A DNA stretch of 64,000 bases from Planctomycetota bacterium (GTDB taxonomy: Bacteria; Planctomycetota; B15-G4), in NCBI GenBank assembly GCA_038212275.1, contig JBBQUR010000004.1, positions 96,001 to 160,000 of the forward strand, given 5' to 3'. The notes below the pieces were generated by a model. The model was not told the origin of the DNA and did not search any database. It worked only from the letters and a program-made list of their open reading frames with translations. Both the position numbers and the translations under genes were made by a program. Each line of letters opens with the position of its first letter. Position 1 is the first letter of the stretch. Below, piece after piece: positions 48,062 to 56,800 of this stretch.

Positions 48062-51000
48062 TGACGCGTGAAGCTTTCGAACTTCAGCGAGGTGGAGAGA
48101 CCGGCAGCCGGCGCGCCGCCCGCGACGAAGATGCGGCCCTGGAAGAGCGCGGGGGAGATGCCGTGGCGCGCCGTGGGGAGGCTGGCCTCGAGGCGCCAGA
48201 CATTCGTCGCGGGGTTGTAGGCGTCCACGCGGGCGTAGGTCTTCTGCGGCGTGGCGCCGACGCCGTTCAAGGTCTCGCCGCCCATCACGTAGAACTCGCC
48301 GGCCCAGAAGACGGCGCGGCCCATGTCGCTGCGTGCCACCGGCAGCGGGGCGAGAGACGGCAGGAGCTGCGAGAGCGACCACGCATTGGTCTGCGGGTCG
48401 TAGATCTCGACGCTGTTGAAACCGTTGGCGGCCTGCCCGGAATCGCCGCTGCCGAAACCCTTGCCGCCGAAGATGTAGAAGCGCTGGCCATCGGTGCCGC
48501 TCGCCGCATGATGCCTGCCCTGATGGAAGGGGAGCGAGGCGCGCGGCTGCCAGGCGTTGGTCGCCGGGTCGTACACCGCGCACAGGTCGGAGGTCGTGCC
48601 GCCCGCCAGTCCGCCGGCTGCATACAACTTCCCGCCGATGACCGCGGTCGAGACGGCGCTGCCGGTCCAGGGGAGATCCGGGCCGATCGCCCAGACGCCG
48701 ATAGCAGGGTCAAGGATCTGCAGGCGACCTTCGGAGCCTGCACCGAGTCCGCCCACGACGTAGAGGCGCCCGGCCAGCGCCTGCGCCGCATGCGCGCTGC
48801 CGGCAAAGGGACGCGGCGTCTTGAACTGCCAGCTGGGGTCGGCGGGCTTGTCGAGGTCGAGCAGGGTCAGCGCGAGCGTGTTCGAGTCATGGTCGGGCAG
48901 GACGTAGAGCACGCCGTTCACGACGGCGCTCGCGACGCCGCCCACTGCGTACGGCAACTCGCCGCCGCCGCTGTCGCTGCCGCCGCCGAACCAGACACCG
49001 GGCTCCTGGCCCTTCTGCGGATACAGAGTGCGAAAGGCGCCGGGGAGCACAGCCGGCAGAGAGCGCGTGATGACGGTCACATCGAGCGGTGTCGCGCTCA
49101 CGATCGGCTGCGACGGCAGCAGGCCGCGAATGCGCGTCGGCGTGACCGAGAGCACGCTCGCCTGCTCGGTGCCGACGAAGACCACGGTGTCGCCGGTGGA
49201 GCCGAAGCCACGCCCGCCGAGGACGAAGGGCGTGCCGCCAGTGGAGGGAGCACGCCACGGCAGCATGTCCAGCAGCTCGACACCACCGCTCGCGGGCTCG
49301 ACCGGCACGAGCACCTGCAGCTGGCTGCCCGTGTAGTTCACGGAGATGAGCGCGCCGCCCGGACCCTGCACGAGATCCAGCGAGTTGCTGTCCGGCAGCA
49401 GGGCCTGCTGCTCGATGACCGAGCGTCCGTCCGGCGAAAGCTTGACGCGCTGCGCAGGGCCGACCCACTTCTGCACGATGAGCTGCCCCTCGAGCTGGCC
49501 GCCGAAGGTGCGCGCCGTGTACTCGAGGATGCCGTCGCTGCTCGACGGGAGAATCGTCAGCGTCTGCGTGAAGACGTCGGGCAGCGAGGGCTGGTGCGGG
49601 TCGCGGTAAATGGCCTGCCGGGCATCGAACTGCCCGCGGCTGCGATTGGGGCTGCCGTAGTAGTTGCCCGCTTCGACGAGCAGCAATTCATCCGGTTCAT
49701 CGGGGTCGGGCGCCGACGTCGTCATGCCGGTGGACGCGGCGCCGAAGTTGACGTTGGGCCCGTTGTCCGTGGAATACAGCCGGCCGGCGCGCGTGTACAC
49801 GAGGTCGTAGGGATTGCGCAGTCCAGAGGCATGCACCGTGACATGACTTCCGGGAGCGACCTTCACCTGCTCGCCGTGGCGCTGGTCGTTGTCGGGCAGC
49901 CCGGTCACGATGTCGACGTAGGTCACCTTGCCGTTGAAGCCGGGGCGCGAGGTGGCCGCCTTCAGCGTCGCGCACGACAGCGGCGATTCCGGCAGGCCGC
50001 CGAAGCCCAGCGCCGAGACGCCCGCGTTGGTCGTGCTGCCGGTGTCGATGAGCAGGTCGCCGTTGTTGTCGAACTGCAGGCCGTTCACCGCGTGTCCGCT
50101 GTTGCTCTGGGGCAGACCCGTGACGAGCGGCGCGGGCGCATCGAAGTTCGGACCGGTGAGCACCGACACCTGGCCCCAGTAGACGGAGGGCGTCTGCGGC
50201 GGGTTGCCGCCGTTGGCGTACAGGAAACCGTGCGCGACGTAGACGCGGACCGGCGACGGCGGGTCGAAGGGATTGAAGGTCAGGCCCGTGATGTTCCGGT
50301 TGGGAAGCTGCGACACGCCCGCAAAGGTGCTGACCGAGGTCGCATTCCATTGCTCGTCGAAGCTGACGGCTTTCAGCTCACCGTCGAGCGTGGCGACGTA
50401 GAGCCTGCCGTCGGGACCCCACTCGGCGGCGGTCGGATTCTGCAGGCCGAGGCTGGACACGGTCGCGAAGTTGATCGCGCCCTGCCCTCCGTTGACATAG
50501 GTGAAGCTGGAGGCGTTGCTCGTGCCCTGCGGCGACTGCACGGTGACGGCCAGGACACCCTCGTCATGCGGCGGCGCCGTGAACGTGATGCTCGACGGCG
50601 TGATGAGCAGGCCGTTCGCCTGCGTGAGGTTGACATCACCCCAATGCACGATGAGCGCCGAAGCAGGGAAGTAGCCCGTGCCGCTCAGCGTGATGGCGGC
50701 GCCGCCCGCCGGCGACCCCGAGGCGGGCATCAGTGCGTTGAGCACGGGCGGAGTCGATGTCTCATCGTGGGTCAGCAGCGCCGCATCGATGACCTGCTGC
50801 GGGTTGCCGCCGACCGAGGCCGTGACGGCGAGCGGCAGGGAGGCCAGAGAGGGCACGGCGAATCGCGCTTGCAGCGCGTGTGCGCCGGCCGTCAGGCTGA
50901 GTGCTCCGGTGACAAGCGCGCCGTCGAGAAGGAGGCGGCGATCGCTGCCGCCCGTTGCAGCGAAGCTCCACGCGCCGGAGGCGGGCAGGTTCAACGTCGC

Positions 51001-51951
51001 GTCGAGGCGCACGAGCGCATGGCCGGCGTAGGGCGAGCCGCCAACGCTGCCGCCGCCATCCACGACCTCCAGCGAGTCGACGGTCTCGGCCCAGTCCGCA
51101 GTGGCCGGCGGAGAGTCGAGCAGCGTGGCGGGATCGGCAGCGCCCGAGTCGTTGTAGCGCACGAAGACGCCCGGCACGGACTTCGCCGCCACCACCTGCA
51201 CCGTCTGCAGCGCGAGGAGCGTGTTCTTCGGGAGGTGATCGTCCGCGATGAGCAGCGAGATCGGATGACTTCCGAGAGCGAGGGGCACGCCGGCGATCTC
51301 GGTCGTCGAGAGCGTCGTGCCGTTCTCCTTCCAGGTCCAGCCGGTGAGCATGTGGCCGAGTTCGTGCGTGTGGCTGTCGCTGCCATCGAGGACGACCGTC
51401 TCGCTGCCATCCCCGTCGTGGTCCACCACGAGTGAGGGCGCGAGGATCACCGTGTGCAATTGCGTGTTCGTGATCACCGAGACGTGCAGCGCCTTCGTCA
51501 GTACGGCGCTCACGGGAGCAAGCTGCTCGAAGACGGCCCATTGGAAGTACAGGTCGCTGCCCAGCGCGGACGGCAGCTTGAAGCCGACCTTGAGCGTGCC
51601 GTCGGGCTTGGCGGTGAGCAGGACGCGCGTCTCGCCCGACGTGAGGAACTGGCAGCCGGGTTGAACGCCGGGCACGCCGGTGAGGTCGAGTGGCAGCGGC
51701 CCGTAGTCCGACGTGCTGTCCGACGTGCCGACGTAGAGCAGCACGAGGGCGGAAGGCGGAGCGCCCGCGAGTTCGATCGCTGCGGACTTGCCCGGATTGA
51801 AGGAACCCGAGTAGCTGATCGTCGGCGTCGAGACTGCGCCCGAGCAACCGGCGCCGTAGGGCTCGACGACCTGCGCCGTGGCGACGGAACCGCCCAGCAG
51901 GCTGGTCAGCAACCAGAGTCCCAGTGAGAGTGTCGGGCTCGCGCGGGTCAT
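48058..51951 (-). CDS. Large secreted multidomain protein: PKD-like, PA14-like, IPT/TIG, sugar-dehydrogenase-like propeller, IPT/TIG, Kelch repeats
   Basis: Signal peptide; PASGSPAGG..ITLSGTG (IPT); WGPDGRLYV, GLRNPYD, TDNGPN (propeller); repeated LY..GG...YDP..N.W (Kelch). Confidence 0.85.
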   Translation of the reverse strand: MTRASPTLSLGLWLLTSLLGGSVATAQVVEPYGAGCSGAVSTPTISYSGSFNPGKSAAIELAGAPPSALVLLYVGTSDSTSDYGPLPLDLTGVPGVQPGCQFLTSGETRVLLTAKPDGTLKVGFKLPSALGSDLYFQWAVFEQLAPVSAVLTKALHVSVITNTQLHTVILAPSLVVDHDGDGSETVVLDGSDSHTHELGHMLTGWTWKENGTTLSTTEIAGVPLALGSHPISLLIADDHLPKNTLLALQTVQVVAAKSVPGVFVRYNDSGAADPATLLDSPPATADWAETVDSLEVVDGGGSVGGSPYAGHALVRLDATLNLPASGAWSFAATGGSDRRLLLDGALVTGALSLTAGAHALQARFAVPSLASLPLAVTASVGGNPQQVIDAALLTHDETSTPPVLNALMPASGSPAGGAAITLSGTGYFPASALIVHWGDVNLTQANGLLITPSSITFTAPPHDEGVLAVTVQSPQGTSNASSFTYVNGGQGAINFATVSSLGLQNPTAAEWGPDGRLYVATLDGELKAVSFDEQWNATSVSTFAGVSQLPNRNITGLTFNPFDPPSPVRVYVAHGFLYANGGNPPQTPSVYWGQVSVLTGPNFDAPAPLVTGLPQSNSGHAVNGLQFDNNGDLLIDTGSTTNAGVSALGFGGLPESPLSCATLKAATSRPGFNGKVTYVDIVTGLPDNDQRHGEQVKVAPGSHVTVHASGLRNPYDLVYTRAGRLYSTDNGPNVNFGAASTGMTTSAPDPDEPDELLLVEAGNYYGSPNRSRGQFDARQAIYRDPHQPSLPDVFTQTLTILPSSSDGILEYTARTFGGQLEGQLIVQKWVGPAQRVKLSPDGRSVIEQQALLPDSNSLDLVQGPGGALISVNYTGSQLQVLVPVEPASGGVELLDMLPWRAPSTGGTPFVLGGRGFGSTGDTVVFVGTEQASVLSVTPTRIRGLLPSQPIVSATPLDVTVITRSLPAVLPGAFRTLYPQKGQEPGVWFGGGSDSGGGELPYAVGGVASAVVNGVLYVLPDHDSNTLALTLLDLDKPADPSWQFKTPRPFAGSAHAAQALAGRLYVVGGLGAGSEGRLQILDPAIGVWAIGPDLPWTGSAVSTAVIGGKLYAAGGLAGGTTSDLCAVYDPATNAWQPRASLPFHQGRHHAASGTDGQRFYIFGGKGFGSGDSGQAANGFNSVEIYDPQTNAWSLSQLLPSLAPLPVARSDMGRAVFWAGEFYVMGGETLNGVGATPQKTYARVDAYNPATNVWRLEASLPTARHGISPALFQGRIFVAGGAPAAGLSTSLKFESFTRQ

Positions 51952-52015
51952 GCGTGGAGCGAATCATACGCGAGCCACCGCCTCGCGGTTGAATGCCGGG
52001 ACAGCGGCGGATGTC

Positions 52016-53827
52016 ATGGCGGACATGCAGGCGCACGACTTCAAGCCGGATCCGGACGCGTCGTCGTCGCGCGAGGCGCGTTGCGCGCCCTGGCTGCCGG
52101 GTCCGCGTGATGGCTTTGCGCGGATTCCGGTATGGCTCCTCACGGGTCTCGGTCTGGTCCTGCGGCTCGTCCGCGTCGGCGATGAGGCGCTCTGGTTCGA
52201 CGAAGTGAACACGCTCTGGCGCGCCGCCGGCGGCTCGCTGGGGCGGGTCGTGAGCCGGATCGCCGGAGATGTCCAGGCGCCGCTCTTCGACCTCATCACC
52301 TGGGCCTGGACTCGCGGGGCGACCATCACCGATGCCGGCTGGGTGAGGTTCCCGTCGGTGCTCTTTTCCACGGCGCTCATCCCCGTGACCGCGTGTTTGG
52401 CTCGCGAACTCGGCCTGCGGCGACGGGCGCAGATCGTCGCAGCGGCCTGCGTGTCCTTCGCTCCCTTCCAGCTGCGCTTCGCCCAGGAGGCGCGGCCCTA
52501 CGCGCTGCTTGCACTGCTCGCAGGAGTGCTGCTGCTGGCCGCTGCGCGCATCGCGGCGACGGGGGGGCGTCGCGGGCTGCTGCTGCTGGCCATCACGGGG
52601 CCGCTGCTCGTGATGACTCACTACTACGGCGTGCTCGCGTGGCTGGCGATCGTCGCCGCGCTGCTGCTCGACGCGGCGGCGTGCCAGACGCGTCTGCCAC
52701 GCATGCTCGCTTCATGCCTGCCCGCGCTCGTCGCGCTGCTGCTGTGGTCGCCGGTGGCCTGGCGGCAGTTTCAGCTCAAGGAAATGAACGGCGTCTACGG
52801 TCCGCTCGACGGGAAGGCCTTGCTGGAGTTGCTCGATGCCGGGGCGATGCACGCGCCGCTCACCGCATCACCCGAGTCGCTCGCCGGTGCTCTCGGTGGC
52901 GTGGCCGGCGCTGCCCCGGCGGCCGTGTGGATCGGACGCGTGCTGCTCCTGGCGCTGCTCGTGGCCGGCGCCTGGGGTTGCTGGCGGATCGGTCGGTGCC
53001 GCGTCGCCGGCGTGTCGTGTCGCGGGCCGGCCGCGGCGCTCCTGGCAGTTGCGGGGCTGTTGCTGCTTGGCGGCAGCCTCGTGCCGGCATCGGCATGGGC
53101 TGACGTCGCCAGCGCCGTCTTCAAGGGCGGACGCCCGCTGGATGCGGAGAATCTTGCAGCGTTGCAGCAGTTGCGCTCCTTCGCGCCACGTCTCGCCGGT
53201 GGCGTCGTCATCGCGGCATGTCTGGTGCTTGTCGTGCTGCCGGCGTGGGTTCGCCGCGGGGGGTGGCGCCTGCCTGCGCCTGCCTGGCCTGTCCTCGCGA
53301 TCTCGCTGCCGCTGCTGGCGGTGGCCGTGCTCGATCGCACGGGAAAGCACACGCTTGCGACGCGCAATCTCATCGGGCTTGCCGCGCCCTGCGCCGTCCT
53401 CGTCGCCGCCGGAACGGAGCGACTGCGAACGCGCTCCGCCGCCGCCGAACGCATCGCGCTGGGCGTCCTGGCCTCACTCCTGCTCGTGTCGCTGTTTGCC
53501 TATCCGGTGTGGTCTGCCAAGGCGGACTGGAACGGCGCCGCACTTGCCGTGGAGGGCAGCGGCGCGGAGCCGCTTGCCGCGCCGCCGTGGATCGCGCGCT
53601 GCGTGGAGTTCCACACGCACAGGCCATGGAACACGGTCTTCGGCAGTCGCAATCCGGAAGAGGTCCGCGCCTGGCTCGCGAGCCGGCAGCGCGTCATGCT
53701 CGTTCGTCAGTTCGACGACATCGAAGACAACGGACCGGTGGTGGCAGAACTCACCGCTCGATTCGGACCACCGGTCGTCGGCGTCTTCCGCGGCGGGCTG
53801 CGCTGCGAGTTGTACGGCGCGCCCTGA
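52016..53827 (+). CDS. GT-C fold polytopic glycosyltransferase (GT39/ArnT-PMT-like)
   Basis: LRL....ALWFDE, PLF, RFPSV, AQEARPYAL, THYYG; many TM helices; start uncertain. Confidence 0.85.
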   Translation: MADMQAHDFKPDPDASSSREARCAPWLPGPRDGFARIPVWLLTGLGLVLRLVRVGDEALWFDEVNTLWRAAGGSLGRVVSRIAGDVQAPLFDLITWAWTRGATITDAGWVRFPSVLFSTALIPVTACLARELGLRRRAQIVAAACVSFAPFQLRFAQEARPYALLALLAGVLLLAAARIAATGGRRGLLLLAITGPLLVMTHYYGVLAWLAIVAALLLDAAACQTRLPRMLASCLPALVALLLWSPVAWRQFQLKEMNGVYGPLDGKALLELLDAGAMHAPLTASPESLAGALGGVAGAAPAAVWIGRVLLLALLVAGAWGCWRIGRCRVAGVSCRGPAAALLAVAGLLLLGGSLVPASAWADVASAVFKGGRPLDAENLAALQQLRSFAPRLAGGVVIAACLVLVVLPAWVRRGGWRLPAPAWPVLAISLPLLAVAVLDRTGKHTLATRNLIGLAAPCAVLVAAGTERLRTRSAAAERIALGVLASLLLVSLFAYPVWSAKADWNGAALAVEGSGAEPLAAPPWIARCVEFHTHRPWNTVFGSRNPEEVRAWLASRQRVMLVRQFDDIEDNGPVVAELTARFGPPVVGVFRGGLRCELYGAP

Positions 53828-53833
53828 GCGCTC

Positions 53834-56800
53834 TCACTGCCGCGTGAAGGTCTCTGTCGTGATGCTCTGGGACAGGCCGCTGCTCGGCCCGCCTCCGGTG
53901 ACGAAGATGCGGCTCTGGAAGAGCACCGGCCAGATGCCGTGACGTGCGGTCGGCATCGGCGCTTCGAGGCGCCAGAGGTTGGTCACCGGGTTGTAGACGT
54001 CCACGCGGTCGTACGTGTTCTGGGCATTGGCGCCGGGACCGTTCAAGGTCTCGCCTCCCATCACGTAGAACTCGCCCTGGTAGTAGACCGCGTGTCCCAT
54101 GCCGCCGCGACCGATCGGCAGCGGCGCCAGCGTGGAGCCGACGTCAGCGCTGGTGATCCACGTGTTGGCGATCGGATCGTAGATCTCCACCGTGTCGAAG
54201 CCGTTGGCCACGGTGTTGTTGTTGCCGCTGCCGAAGCCGCGCCCGCCGAAGACGAAGAATCTGCTGCCGTTCGTTCCGCCGGCCGCATGATTGCGGCCCA
54301 GGTGGAACGGCAGCGACTGCTTGCTCGTCCACGTGTTCGCAACCGGGTCGTACACCGCGCAGAGGTCCACCGTCTGAGCGGATGCGATGCCTCCCGCCGC
54401 GTAGATCTTGCCGCCGATGACCGCGGTGGAGACGGAACCGCCGGCCCAGGGCATGGGCGCACCGAGCGACCACGAGTTGGCTACCGGGTCATAGATCTGG
54501 ACCATGCCCTCGGCTCCGTTGAGCAAGCCACCGATCACGTAGAGCTTTCCGTTGACGACCTCGACGGCGTGGTGGTCGCCCGGGAAGGGCCGGTTGGGCT
54601 TCTGCGACCAGAGGCGCGTGGTCACGTCCAGGGCGTAGGTCTTGAACGTGCTTCCGCCGACCGCGTAGAGCACGCCGTTGATCTCGCCGCACGCGACCTC
54701 GCTCATGGCCTGCGGAATGCTGGCGGTCGTGCTCCAGGCGCCGGGCTCGTGTCCCGGCGTCGGGAACAGGTAGCGGAACGCGGCGGGCAGCGTGTCGCTC
54801 GTGGCGCCGGAGGTCACGACCACGTCGAGCAGCGCGGTGGTGGGAGAGGGTTGGACGGGCAGCACGCCGCGGATGCGGGTCGGACTCACCGAGGTGATCG
54901 TTGCCGGCAGCCCGCCGATGCTCACCGTCGTGTTGCCGAGCGTTCCGAAGTGCGCTCCGCCGATCACGAAAGGTTGCCCGCCGGTGGAGGGCGCGCGCCA
55001 AGGGAAGATGTCGTAGGCGGTGAGGCCGAGCGCCGCGAGATCGGACGGCACGGCGACGTGAACCTCGTCGCTGGTGTAGTCCATCGCGAGCATCGCGCCG
55101 CCGGGGCCGACCTGGATGTCGAGGGGCGACATGTTCGGGCCGAAGGTCTGAGTCGAGATGACCGTGCGCCCGTCGGAGGAGAGCACGACGCGGCGCGTGC
55201 TGCTGTTCCATTTCTGCACGAGCAGGTTGCCGCGCATCTGCCCGAGGAAGGTGTCCGCCCGGTATTCGCAGATGCCGCCTGTGCCGGCGGAAATGGTGAT
55301 CATCGTCTGCGCGAACTGGTTCGGGATGGAGGGCACCGAGGTGTCGCGATAGATGTTCTGGCGCGCGTCAGTGCGGCCGCGCGAGCGATTCGGCGAGCCG
55401 TAGTAGTTGTCGTACTCGAGCAGCAGCAGCTCATCGGGCTGGCTCGGCTCGCCGCTCTGCGTGTTCGGCCCCGTGGAAGCGACACCGAAGCCGGTGTTCG
55501 GCCCGTTGTCCGTGGCGTACAGACGCTTGCTGGTCGTGTAGACGATGTCGTAGGGGTTCCGCGTGCCGGGTGCCTGCACGTGGACGTGGCAGCCTGGCGC
55601 GACGTCGGACAGCTCGCCCAGCACCTGGTCATCGTTCGGAATGCCGGTCGACGTGGTGACGTAGGTGATCGCGCCGTTGAAGTCGGGCCGCGAGGTCTCG
55701 GCCTTGAGCACGGCCGCCGAAAGGGGCGACTCGGGCGTGTCGCCGCTCGTCGGGTACTTGACGCCCGCATTGGTGTTGCTGCCCACGGTCATCAGCAGGT
55801 CGCCGTTGTTGTCGAACTGCATGCCGTTGAGCGCGTGGTCGTGATTGCTCGTCGGCAGTCCGGTGATGAGCGGCGTAGACCCGTTGAAGTTCGGCCCCGT
55901 GATGACGGAGACCATGCCGATGTAGGGGAAGGGGCCCGCGAACGGGCCGCCGCCCTTGGAATAGATCAGGCTGTGCGCGACGTAGATGCGCACCGGACTT
56001 GGCGGGTCGTAGGGATTGAAGGCGAGCCCGAGAATGTCGTCGTTGTCGAGCTGCGAGATCCCGAGGTAGCTGGTGACGTTCGTCACCGCGTAGTTGTCGT
56101 CGAAGGTGATGGCGAAGATGCGCCCGTGGATGGTGCCGACGTAGAATCGTCCGTCCGGACCCCAGTCGCCGCAGGTGGGTTTCGCGATGCCGAGCGACGG
56201 CAGCAGTTCCGTGAAGTTGATGGGCGGCGTGCCGTCGGCCACGTACTCGAAGGGGAGCGCGTTGCTGGTGCCCTGCGGGGTCTGCACGGTGACGGCGATG
56301 ACTCCGGTGGCGTGAGCAGGCGAGAGGAACTGGATGCTGGTCGGCGTCTCGGCTGTGAAATCGACGGCCGTCAGGTTGATGTCGCCCCAGTGCACCGTGA
56401 GCGCGCCCGCCGGGAAGAAACCGATGCCCGTGATCTCGATGGCATTGCCACCCAGCGTGATGCCCTGGGTCTGCATGGAGTTGAGCACCGGCTTCTGGGC
56501 CACCTCGTCGTGGGTGAGGAGTGCCATGGAGATGGGCAGCGGCCCGCTGCCGGAGTCCAGCAACACTTCGACAGGAAGGTCGGCCAGCGAAATGATCGCG
56601 AACCGGGCCTCGACCGTGTGTGCGCCTGCGGCGAGCGCCAGCGGCCCGGCAACCGGGGCGCCGTCCACGAAGAGACGACTGTCGCTGCCTCCCGTGACGC
56701 TGAAGGTGAACGAGCCGGGGTTCGCCAGCAGAACGCTGGCCTGCATGCGCACCATCACGTTCTCGCTGTAGGTCGTGCCGCCGACCGCGCCCTGATCCTG

